Assembly (NCBI GenBank): GCA_023229385.1
Contig: JALNZI010000008.1
Span: 1-56,797, forward strand
Origin: Candidatus Omnitrophota bacterium
GTDB lineage: Bacteria; Omnitrophota; Gorgyraeia; Gygaellales; Profunditerraquicolaceae
Length of the DNA stretch: 56,797 nucleotides
Direction: 5' to 3'
Positions 17,214-25,436 of this stretch are shown in pieces; position 1 is the first letter of the stretch; every line of letters starts with the position of its first letter. Position numbers and translations under genes: made by a program. The notes beneath the pieces were generated by a model. That model did no database searches and was not told the origin of the DNA. It saw only the letters and a list, made by a program, of their open reading frames with translations.

Positions 17214-17552
17214 TTATTTGTTTAATAATTTAATATTATTTTTGATTTCAGCAAAATACTTTCTTAACCTTAGCTCTTCTACTAAATCAGGTTTATCTCT
17301 TTTATAAAGTTCATCTATATACATTGGAATAACCATTGCACCATGGCATAAATTACAAGTTTCAAAACCATTACTAATTGAAGTAGGTGAACCATACCAA
17401 TTATTAATTAGTATTTTTCCATTACCATTACATTTAGGACATAATTGATATGGTATGTATTGAATTGTTTTCTTATTTTTTTTCATTTTACCTATTCCTT
17501 TTATACATTTTTCCATTATGACGAATAAATAAATTATAACCATTCTGTGCAT
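17214..17552 (-). CDS. zinc-ribbon protein
   Basis: CPKCNGNG...CNLCHG. Confidence 0.35.
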   Translation of the reverse strand: MHRMVIIYLFVIMEKCIKGIGKMKKNKKTIQYIPYQLCPKCNGNGKILINNWYGSPTSISNGFETCNLCHGAMVIPMYIDELYKRDKPDLVEELRLRKYFAEIKNNIKLLNK

Positions 17553-17763
17553 TATTAATTTGCTTTTTGGTCATTTTATTATTATGATGGTTATAATACA
17601 AATAAGTATTACCTTTCTGAGAATCATAAAAGGGTAAACTTTTTGATTGTTTAGTAGGTACAGTACAACTATTCAAAACAAATAGTAGAATTACTACAAT
17701 TATTATTATGAAAAAAGTTACAAATAATAAATTGACTTTTTTGTTATTAATTTTTTGTTGCAT
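17488..17763 (-). CDS. small membrane protein/possible lipoprotein
   Basis: A TM segment VNLLFVTFFIIIIVVILLFVLNSC. It overlaps the previous ORF, so one of the two starts is probably wrong. Confidence 0.25.
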   Translation of the reverse strand: MQQKINNKKVNLLFVTFFIIIIVVILLFVLNSCTVPTKQSKSLPFYDSQKGNTYLYYNHHNNKMTKKQINNAQNGYNLFIRHNGKMYKRNR

Positions 17764-17784
17764 GGTTTATAATGTTTTTATTGA

Positions 17785-18582
17785 TTAATAGTCTTCTTCG
17801 GAATTAAAATTTTTGCCCATTTCATCAAAAGATGGTATAAACTTTTTATCTTCATTATCATTCCAACTTTTCATTTCGGCAGGATCATCTACCCAACGTT
17901 GTTGGTGAATCCATGTGGCTGGCAATGGTACAAAACCTTTTTTCCAACGTTGTGTTTTTTTCTGTGCTTCTAATGCATTTAAAATTGTAGGCCAACTAGG
18001 TTTTTCACCATTCTTTTTGGCACATAATTTATTCCATTCTGTCAAGGCTTTGCCTTTAACATCTTTTCTTGGGTAAATTTGCCAAAATTCATTAAATTTT
18101 TTGGTAGTTATTGAATCCTTTGTTTTTTGAAAAAATCCGACGTTATCTTTATTAGTACTTAAAGCATTTGTATTAATATTAGTACTTAAAGCATTTGTGG
18201 TGTTATTTTCCTGCGGGTGGATTTTAACACCACTGGCTTTTTGTAATAATGGATGATCTTTCGACCAAATAAATTTAACCTTTGTATAGTACCCAGTTAT
18301 TTGATTATTATTTTCATTTTTTCTTTGTATTGTTTCAATTAAACCCAGTTGAATTAAAATTTTTCTATACTTTTTTACTTTATCACTTCCCCATTTTAAA
18401 GCATCTGCTACATAATCATTTGTAGCTCTAGGAATATTTGTTCTTTGCCATTTAGCTGTGTAGTAATAAAACCAATATAGGCTTAGTAGTTCTGCTGGAT
18501 GGTCTTGTTTTAAAATTAAATCTGATAATGGTTTGCTTAAAACGATAGGTTCTTCGTTTTCATCATAGGATACTTTATTCAT
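17785..18582 (-). CDS. putative replication initiation/replisome organizer protein (winged-helix N-domain)
   Basis: The N-terminal region LSDLILKQDHPAELLSLYWFYYYTAKW...NDYVADALKWGSDKVKKYRKILIQLGLIE is DnaD/replisome-organizer-like. It lies just downstream of an AT-rich intergenic region. Confidence 0.4.
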   Translation of the reverse strand: MNKVSYDENEEPIVLSKPLSDLILKQDHPAELLSLYWFYYYTAKWQRTNIPRATNDYVADALKWGSDKVKKYRKILIQLGLIETIQRKNENNNQITGYYTKVKFIWSKDHPLLQKASGVKIHPQENNTTNALSTNINTNALSTNKDNVGFFQKTKDSITTKKFNEFWQIYPRKDVKGKALTEWNKLCAKKNGEKPSWPTILNALEAQKKTQRWKKGFVPLPATWIHQQRWVDDPAEMKSWNDNEDKKFIPSFDEMGKNFNSEEDY

Positions 18583-18892
18583 ACTTTTATTATTTTTAAA
18601 TATAAAAAGGTAGGTTTCAGTGAATGTGGCACCTACTCCCTAACCTTTTCTAAGCCGTAACACTAAAATAAAAAACACTAAAAACAAAGAAAAACCATTA
18701 TTTATATTCCACATTAATATAATAATGTTAAATTCCTTTTTAAAGCTTTAATTAAAACATATACAAATATATAAATTTAATTTTTAATAAACAAATTTAT
18801 TCGTTACTATTTTATAATTCGTTGTAATACAATAAGTTACATATTTAACATAAGCATATTCATAAGGTAAATTATTATGAATAGTTATTCAA

Positions 18893-19084
18893 TTAACATA
18901 ATACACGATGACTATGTAATTCATGTATTTTTTCAAAACCATAATATTCATCAATAACATAGTTAATATCATCAGGAATTTCAACCACTTTTAATTTAGC
19001 ATGATAACCATTTGCTTTTTCTTTTAAAGTTTCAACAGCATCAATTAATAATGGATCAGTTCTATTATAACCATCTGGTGTCAT
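18893..19084 (-). CDS. hypothetical protein
   Basis: 63-aa ORF. Confidence 0.3.
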   Translation of the reverse strand: MTPDGYNRTDPLLIDAVETLKEKANGYHAKLKVVEIPDDINYVIDEYYGFEKIHELHSHRVLC

Positions 19085-19141
19085 TTCTAAAACAAAACCA
19101 TACCCATAAAAAATAGTATTTTTTGATTGTTGTGCGTAATG

Positions 19142-19333
19142 CTAACGAATCCACTCACCAGCAATATTTTTCATTGAAACTCCTTGGCTTTTTAATTGCT
19201 CTGGCAATCTCTGAGATGTTTCAAAACGCAATTCTTCACAGTTAATGAAAATATTAACCGATGTTGTTTCTTTTGGCATGTAAAGTTTTAATACTTCATG
19301 CAACTCATGTAATTTTTCTTCAATTTCTCGTGT
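19142..19333 (-). CDS. hypothetical protein (probable true extent of the 19142-19480 ORF)
   Basis: The C-terminal 64 aa from MTREIEEKLHELHEV look protein-like. The upstream 49 codons lie in a GC-rich segment with R/C/Q/P/W-rich, non-protein-like composition. Confidence 0.25.
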   Translation of the reverse strand, partial: TREIEEKLHELHEVLKLYMPKETTSVNIFINCEELRFETSQRLPEQLKSQGVSMKNIAGEWIR

Positions 19334-19482
19334 CATAGTTTTGATTATTAAAGCACTACGCACAACACGCAATATAGCAAATGGCTGTATTCGTGGTATT
19401 TGTATCGGTCTGCATCGCATTGGCTTCGTAGCGGTTTGACAGGTTCGTAGCCCGTAATCAGCCACTTGCCATATTGCCACCG

Positions 19483-19794
19483 TTACCTGCCATTTAATCC
19501 CAAGACAGGCTGAGTAACACGGATTAAAATGTCCGTAATCCTTAGTGGTATTTTGAAAAGTGCATTTTTGATTAGTTCAAAGCGTTTTTTGTAGAAAAAT
19601 CTTTGATACTTCCTGTTGTCAGGTTCACGCATTCTCAATTTTTCGTAAGGAACAAACTGGTACAAGTCACCAATTAGCACTCCTTTTTTGTTGTAAAAAT
19701 GTACTTTACAACCAGCGTGGTATCCATTATCATTTAATACTTCAACAAGCATTCCGTAACGGACATTTTTGTAATTTACTTCTCTGTTTTTCAT
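19483..19794 (-). CDS. hypothetical protein bracketed by a 10-bp inverted repeat
   Basis: 103-aa ORF, with GTTACCTGCC at 19482-19491 and GGCAGGTAAC at 19836-19845. Confidence 0.3.
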   Translation of the reverse strand: MKNREVNYKNVRYGMLVEVLNDNGYHAGCKVHFYNKKGVLIGDLYQFVPYEKLRMREPDNRKYQRFFYKKRFELIKNALFKIPLRITDILIRVTQPVLGLNGR

Positions 19795-19952
19795 TTTAAA
19801 TTTATTTATAAGTGTTTAACAATCAATTAAAAACGGCAGGTAACACAAGCTATAACCAATAGAGGTTTCAGTGGTTAATCCAACGTTGTAACTCGCTCTA
19901 AGTTCATGGCAAAACTACCATAACATTTGTTTATTACTATTTTTATATTTGT

Positions 19953-20210
19953 TTATTTAGTTCGTGTTCGTATTATTTTATTTGTTTTGCCAGTCCATGA
20001 CCAATACATGAACTGCAAATACCTGATTTTACCATTTTTATCGTTTATCCAAATTCCCATTTGAGAATTTATATGATTTTCAGGTGGTTTTTGTATAATA
20101 TGTTCACTGTTTAGGTAAAAACCTGTTCTTCGTATTTTTGGTGGTTCTTTACAAATTTTAATTATGTTACCTACTTGGTAGGATAATTCATGCGGTTTTA
20201 TTTTTTTCAT
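19953..20210 (-). CDS. hypothetical protein
   Basis: ORF. Confidence 0.3.
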   Translation of the reverse strand: MKKIKPHELSYQVGNIIKICKEPPKIRRTGFYLNSEHIIQKPPENHINSQMGIWINDKNGKIRYLQFMYWSWTGKTNKIIRTRTK

Positions 20211-20550
20211 CTTTTATTAATTTTTTAGTAAGTTTAATTGTTGCTTTCAATACTTTAATTCTTGGTATTATTTTACCTTTTGAAAACCAATAATCAATAT
20301 CAACAAGCCAAATATAAGTAAAATTACAAGGACGAAATTCATAAAGTTCAGGAAAAGTTATTTCTAAATTATCAGGAACATTCATATAATTATTATAGAA
20401 AAAATATGCACAAAGTCCTTTATTTGTATGCAATTTTATTTTTTTAAATGGGAAAAATAAAGAAATTCTATAATCATGTAAAGCCTTTTTATAAATTTTT
20501 AATCTTTCCTGTTTTAGTGTATTTAAACTATAATTTTCCATATTTTTCAT
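20188..20550 (-). CDS. hypothetical protein
   Basis: ORF. Confidence 0.3.
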   Translation of the reverse strand: MKNMENYSLNTLKQERLKIYKKALHDYRISLFFPFKKIKLHTNKGLCAYFFYNNYMNVPDNLEITFPELYEFRPCNFTYIWLVDIDYWFSKGKIIPRIKVLKATIKLTKKLIKDEKNKTA

Positions 20551-20555
20551 AATCT

Positions 20556-20888
20556 TTAAATTATTATAAATTTTTCAGAAATAAAATAATCCTTTACTGT
20601 TTTTGTAACAACCATTTCGTTTCTTCTACGACACGTAGCAGATAAGGAAGGTTTACAGAAATAAAAATTTTTTGTTAATATTTCTGGTTCTGGCGTACTT
20701 AAATATTTTTTTAAACCTTTAATGTTAGAATTTTTTTCATTAATACTAACAGCAAAATGTTTATAAATATGTTTGCAAGATTCTTCATAAATAAAAGAAA
20801 CTTCAATTTTTTGATTATTAATTACTTTTAAAAAGTACATTATTCTAATTTTTAAAAAGTTTAAAACTATTTTCTTCATTACATTCAC
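20556..20888 (-). CDS. hypothetical protein
   Basis: ORF. Confidence 0.3.
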   Translation of the reverse strand: MNVMKKIVLNFLKIRIMYFLKVINNQKIEVSFIYEESCKHIYKHFAVSINEKNSNIKGLKKYLSTPEPEILTKNFYFCKPSLSATCRRRNEMVVTKTVKDYFISEKFIII

Positions 20889-21105
20889 TAAAGTTTTCTG
20901 ATGTACACCAATCTTTCCATCCCCAATTTGAATTTATTGGTGAAGTCCATAATCCACCTTTAGGTTTACAAAAATATAATCTATTTTGTATTGGTAAAAA
21001 TAATTTAGGAGCATAAATTTTACTTCCATAATGAATAAGAGTAAGATTTGTAAGTTTTTCTTTTTCACAAATATAAATAATATTATTTGATTTAACTTTT
21101 TCCAT
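20845..21105 (-). CDS. hypothetical protein
   Basis: ORF. Confidence 0.3.
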   Translation of the reverse strand: MEKVKSNNIIYICEKEKLTNLTLIHYGSKIYAPKLFLPIQNRLYFCKPKGGLWTSPINSNWGWKDWCTSENFSECNEENSFKLFKN

Positions 21106-21106
21106 A

Positions 21107-22012
21107 TTATTTATTTCTTAATACTTTAGTGACTAATTTATTTGCTTCATATTTAGATAATCCACCGGGATCACCTTTAATTTTTACGTTCCAAGCATTA
21201 ACACCCCTGAATTTTAATTCAGATATTAATTTATTTGCCTGTATTTGTGCTTGTGGCTCATCATCATAAACAATAGCAATCTTTTTAAATGTATTTGCCA
21301 TTATTCGCACTTGCTCATGTGTGTATTTTATACCACTTGTAGCAAATGCAAATTCACCTAAACGCCAAACATCAGTTGGACCTTCTACACAGATTCCAAT
21401 ATCAGGATTCCATTTTTCCTGATTGCCATAAAGTATTTGTTTATGACCTTTAATTTCATATTCAGCAGGACAAGCCTGATATTTATTCAATTGTTTATCA
21501 GTAATATCCCTTGCATCAAAAGATACAGTTTGACCATTCCATTCAAAAGGAATAATTATACGAAATTTATAGTTATATTTATCTAACATAGCAATTGGTC
21601 CGGTAGCTTTTATATGCCATTTTTCAATTGTTTTATCTGGATCAAAATTTCTGTTAAGCAAATATTTTCTATGATTACTTTGTAATTCATTTGTATTAGT
21701 AGGAAAACTAAAATCAATTTTTTCTATGATTTTATGTTGTATTACAGTTCTTGTAATACCATATTGAGGCAATAGTTTTCTTACTTCATCATACTCAGGA
21801 ATATTAAGTAAAGTTGATAGTGTTAAAACCGGTGAATGCCAGCCACATCGCCAACACATGAAATATTCATCTTGTAAATTCCAGCCTAAATGTAATCCTG
21901 CATTTCCTGTACAAAATGGACATTCACAATTAACCCAGCCGGGCCGACAATGTTTGTGGTCTTCAGTTTTATATTCTATTCCAAAATCATTATACAAACG
22001 AATTATGTCCAT
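21107..22012 (-). CDS. dnaG: DnaG-like DNA primase (zinc-binding plus TOPRIM)
   Basis: N-terminal zinc ribbon CECPFCTG...CWRCGWH. TOPRIM ICVEGPTDVWRLGEFAFATSG (ExxxD) and IVYDDEPQAQ (DxD). Confidence 0.8.
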   Translation of the reverse strand: MDIIRLYNDFGIEYKTEDHKHCRPGWVNCECPFCTGNAGLHLGWNLQDEYFMCWRCGWHSPVLTLSTLLNIPEYDEVRKLLPQYGITRTVIQHKIIEKIDFSFPTNTNELQSNHRKYLLNRNFDPDKTIEKWHIKATGPIAMLDKYNYKFRIIIPFEWNGQTVSFDARDITDKQLNKYQACPAEYEIKGHKQILYGNQEKWNPDIGICVEGPTDVWRLGEFAFATSGIKYTHEQVRIMANTFKKIAIVYDDEPQAQIQANKLISELKFRGVNAWNVKIKGDPGGLSKYEANKLVTKVLRNK

Positions 22013-22141
22013 TTATTCTTCACCTTCCCACATATTATAAGTTCCCTCAGTTATGTAACCATGTTCGTAAAGCTCTTGTTTAACAGGGATTGCAAATTGA
22101 TTAGGTTTTCTTTTACATGTAATAGTTTTACTATTACGACT

Positions 22142-22498
22142 TTATAAATTGTTTTGAAATTTATTATAGCCTCTTTCATTAATAAAACTAAACTTATTTT
22201 TTGAAGTTGTTCCAAATATTTTTTGGAAATGCTTCATTTTTACATAGATAGCTCTGCCTGTTTTATAAGCATTTTCAGGTTTTACACTTTCATCGCTTTC
22301 AATTGAAGATTTATCTTCATCAATTTCAATTAATAAAATATAATCTTCTTTTGTACATTCAGGACAAAGATCAATTCCAGTAATTGTATTCTTTTCAAGA
22401 GTATTTTTTAATCTTTTATCTAAGATTATTCCAATTTCAAATTGTTTTCCACAAAAAATACAAATTTTTGTATCTAAACTAACATAACTTTTTTCCAT
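22142..22498 (-). CDS. zinc-ribbon protein
   Basis: CIFCGKQFE...CPEC. Confidence 0.35.
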   Translation of the reverse strand: MEKSYVSLDTKICIFCGKQFEIGIILDKRLKNTLEKNTITGIDLCPECTKEDYILLIEIDEDKSSIESDESVKPENAYKTGRAIYVKMKHFQKIFGTTSKNKFSFINERGYNKFQNNL

Positions 22499-22516
22499 TT
22501 TATTTTTATTTAGAAA

Positions 22517-23152
22517 TTATTCTTTTATTTGTTTAAATACTTCTTCAGTTAAAATCTTTCGGCAGATATTTGCAGTTTTCATTCGATTTTCTTTTTTAGC
22601 AGCAGCATAAGCAGCAGCATAAGCAGCAGCATAAGCAGAAGCAGCATAAGCAGCAGCATAAGCAGCAGCATTAGCAGCATAAGCAGCAGCATTAGCAGCA
22701 TAAGCAGCAGCATTAGCAGCATAAGCATCAGCATAAGCATCAGCATAAGCAGCAGCATCAGCATAAGCAGCAGCATAAGCAGCATAAGCAGCAGCATAAG
22801 CATCAGCATAAGCAGCAGCATAAGCAGCAGCAGCATAAGCAGAAGCAGCAGAAGCAGCATCAGCAGCAGCAATTTTTAATTCTAAATTAGTAGCTTTTCC
22901 TCTACCATATTGAAAAGCCACATAAATTGCATCTTTACTTCTTTGGTCTTTCATTAAGTGTTTTATAGTATATGCACAAAGAGATTTAGCTAATACTAAT
23001 TTTCTGCCATCAACTTGCAGTTTTTGTGCTATCCATAGCATCCAATCTCCACGTTCACATTTTTCCCATGCTTCTTCTGAAGTTTCAAAAGAATTATAAA
23101 ATATTAATGCCTTTTTGCAGGGATCAAATTTTTTAATATTATATTTTTTCAT
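22517..23152 (-). CDS. protein with about 100-aa Ala/Tyr repeat tract (AYAAAYAAN...)
   Basis: A globular N-terminal domain followed by AAADAASAASAYAAAAYAAAYADAYAAAYAAYAAAYADAAAYADAYADAYAANAAAYAANAAAYAANAAAYAAAYAASAYAAAYAAAYAAA. Confidence 0.5.
   Translation of the reverse strand: MKKYNIKKFDPCKKALIFYNSFETSEEAWEKCERGDWMLWIAQKLQVDGRKLVLAKSLCAYTIKHLMKDQRSKDAIYVAFQYGRGKATNLELKIAAADAASAASAYAAAAYAAAYADAYAAAYAAYAAAYADAAAYADAYADAYAANAAAYAANAAAYAANAAAYAAAYAASAYAAAYAAAYAAAKKENRMKTANICRKILTEEVFKQIKE
22585..22870. repeat. tandem 9-bp-class repeats (gcagcataa/gcagcagca variants)
   Basis: Visible periodicity agcagcagcataagcagcagcataagc... It encodes the A/Y tract. Confidence 0.8.
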
Positions 23153-23757
23153 TATTCTGCTTTTTTATAAATTGTTTCACCATTATTAAATGTAGCAAAT
23201 TTTACTAAAGGTTCAGAAAATTTTGTATAAATATCTTCTACTATTTTCACAACTTTTGGTATTTCTTTTTCAATATATTTAAGAATATTTTTACTTTGAA
23301 TTTTTAACATTCCTTTATTAGGATAATTATTATACTTAATAATATATTGAATATCATTAACATCAGGAATATCTTCATAAGTTAATTGCTCAATATCAAT
23401 TAATAATTCCCAATCTAAATTAGCACCTTTATAATAACCTGATCTTATTACACAACGTAAACGAATACATATATAACAATGAGCAATTTCTTTTTCTGAA
23501 TAAACTTCTGCAAAATACTTACCGGAAAAATTGCGTTCACGATCACATATATTTAATTCTTTATATTCTAATATAGATTTTTGCAAAGATTCACGTAAGT
23601 TAGCAATAAGATCATCATATTCCCATTCTTCAGGATAAATAAGTTCATTACCTACATTATGATTTTCATCATTTAAAAGTAATGGTTCTTCTTCATGTGG
23701 CATAAGCACAGCAAATACCTTTGAAGTATTTTTGTTATAAAAATTACTTGTACTCAT
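23152..23757 (-). CDS. hypothetical protein
   Basis: 201-aa ORF. Confidence 0.4.
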   Translation of the reverse strand: MSTSNFYNKNTSKVFAVLMPHEEEPLLLNDENHNVGNELIYPEEWEYDDLIANLRESLQKSILEYKELNICDRERNFSGKYFAEVYSEKEIAHCYICIRLRCVIRSGYYKGANLDWELLIDIEQLTYEDIPDVNDIQYIIKYNNYPNKGMLKIQSKNILKYIEKEIPKVVKIVEDIYTKFSEPLVKFATFNNGETIYKKAE

Positions 23758-23760
23758 TTT

Positions 23761-24123
23761 TTAAATACTTAAAGCATCATACATTTCTTGTGTTTCAAAC
23801 CTATCATGGATAGGTATAGGGTATTTTGCAGGAAATCTACTATCACTTGAATAAATAAAGTTTCCACCAAACATAGGACCAACCATTCCTTCTGGTTGTT
23901 GAATTGGTTCTGCATGAACATAATCACCCCAACCAAAATTTCTTTTAACAAGTTTTACAGAATTAGTTTCATCACCTATAAATGGACCTTCTGTATCAAC
24001 CAAAATAAGATTATCTTGCTTTGCAGAAATACCATTATTGGTACAATCGTAAGTACCATACCTGTAAACATCAACGGATAAACCTTTAGTCTTCATCTTT
24101 AAAAGAATTAATCTGTTCAACAT
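23761..24123 (-). CDS. hypothetical protein
   Basis: 120-aa ORF. Confidence 0.35.
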   Translation of the reverse strand: MLNRLILLKMKTKGLSVDVYRYGTYDCTNNGISAKQDNLILVDTEGPFIGDETNSVKLVKRNFGWGDYVHAEPIQQPEGMVGPMFGGNFIYSSDSRFPAKYPIPIHDRFETQEMYDALSI

Positions 24124-24272
24124 TCATTTTTTCACATTCCATTCTTATAACAGGATGCCAAATTTCAGGAATATTTGTTCCCGGAACATAATTTTCCCTT
24201 GCCCATTTACGAAATTTAATTTCTTCTTCGGGCCTTAATTTACTAAAGAGCCAATTTTCCATTTTTTAATTT

Positions 24273-24488
24273 TTATTGAAGTTTATTCAAGTCTGTATAA
24301 ATATTATATAAATGATACCACAGGTCATTTTGACCTGTTTTCCAAGTACAAAAAGCATTAACCAATTCTAAATTAGAAAGTTGATTAATTGTGTAATCTT
24401 TAGATTGATCTTCCGGTGTTTTTGCACCATGTCTTAGGCGTATTACATCTAATACTCCTAATTTTGCAAGTTTTTCAACATTTTTCAT
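24273..24488 (-). CDS. hypothetical protein
   Basis: ORF with a 4-bp overlap with its neighbours. Confidence 0.3.
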   Translation of the reverse strand: MKNVEKLAKLGVLDVIRLRHGAKTPEDQSKDYTINQLSNLELVNAFCTWKTGQNDLWYHLYNIYTDLNKLQ

Positions 24489-24853
24489 TTTTCTTTGTTT
24501 TTACGTGTTCTTACTTTAATATTCTTAATTAAATCCAGTATTTTTTGAGTAGCAGCATAAACAGAAATTTGTTCATAATTATTAGATTTATCTAAAAACT
24601 GGGTAGTACGACGAGCACACCAGTATATCTTGTAAGGATGATCACTATCAAAACAGGCTGAATACTTTATCTTTATAGGACAACTGCCACAATTATATTT
24701 ATACCGATATTTAGCACAGAAAGGACACTGTGCAGGATGTTCTTTTAATTCAGGAACAGCTTCTTTAAGTTCATCTTTAGTTGCAAAATGATTTTTAACA
24801 AGAAATTCCCATTTTTTAATAGATAATTCTTTCATTTGTGCAATAGTCATATT
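24485..24853 (-). CDS. Cys-rich hypothetical protein (probable start MTIAQMKEL)
   Basis: CPFCAKYRYKYNCGSCPIK...C...WC. The longer 171-aa version overlaps the next ORF. Confidence 0.3.
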   Translation of the reverse strand, partial: NMTIAQMKELSIKKWEFLVKNHFATKDELKEAVPELKEHPAQCPFCAKYRYKYNCGSCPIKIKYSACFDSDHPYKIYWCARRTTQFLDKSNNYEQISVYAATQKILDLIKNIKVRTRKNKEK

Positions 24854-24857
24854 TTTT

Positions 24858-25109
24858 TCATAATAAATTAGTTTTATTTTTGTAAATATATATATGCCAT
24901 TTATTGCTAAGTTCATGCCAAAAATAAGTATTATCCAACCACATAAATGCACACTGAATAAGGTTAGCTTCACTATATTTTTTAAAATTGATTTTATCAC
25001 CTATACCATAATATTCATCAGAATTTAGATTTTTCATGAATTTTTTATAGCAACCTTGTTCTTTTAAGAACGTTTCAAGTTTTTTGTTTTTTAATGTTGT
25101 TGTTTTCAT
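24858..25109 (-). CDS. hypothetical protein
   Basis: 83-aa ORF. Confidence 0.3.
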   Translation of the reverse strand: MKTTTLKNKKLETFLKEQGCYKKFMKNLNSDEYYGIGDKINFKKYSEANLIQCAFMWLDNTYFWHELSNKWHIYIYKNKTNLL

Positions 25110-25115
25110 TTTTAT

Positions 25116-25436
25116 TTATATAGAATATTGTTCAATTAAAAAATTTTGTTCATTCTCGCTTAAATCTCCAATAAATATTATATCATCTTCTTTGTGAACA
25201 TAATTTTTTCCTTTTACATTAATAGTGGTAATTTCTGTAATAATGAGCAATGCACCAATAAGAGATTCATAACCCATGCCACTATCAAGTGAACCATCCA
25301 AACCTTTTTCAGCTTGTTCAATAATATCACTTTTAGTTTTAGCATACAATTTTCTTGCAGGGTAACTACCTTTACCACCTCCCCAATAATTACCGTAAAC
25401 AAGTCCTGTTGATTCAAATTTTTTCTTTGTTTTCAT
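25116..25436 (-). CDS. hypothetical protein
   Basis: 106-aa ORF. Confidence 0.3.
   Translation of the reverse strand: MKTKKKFESTGLVYGNYWGGGKGSYPARKLYAKTKSDIIEQAEKGLDGSLDSGMGYESLIGALLIITEITTINVKGKNYVHKEDDIIFIGDLSENEQNFLIEQYSI

Noticed and set aside
18600-18640. Terminator-like hairpin upstream of the initiator-like gene
   Set aside because: The minus-strand stem is only 5 bp with an A-C mismatch and a 17-nt loop before TTTTTATA. That is too weak to call.
19380-19500. Possible tRNA in the GC-rich island
   Set aside because: Sequences resembling GGTTCGTAGCC occur twice, but position 58 of a would-be T-loop is T, not A. No acceptor or D-arm pairing could be built on either strand. The GC-rich island is discussed as a separate finding.
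22579-22872. ORF MLLLMLLLLLL (97 aa)
   Set aside because: It is an alternative frame of the GCAGCATAA repeat tract inside the Ala/Tyr-repeat gene and has no independent support.
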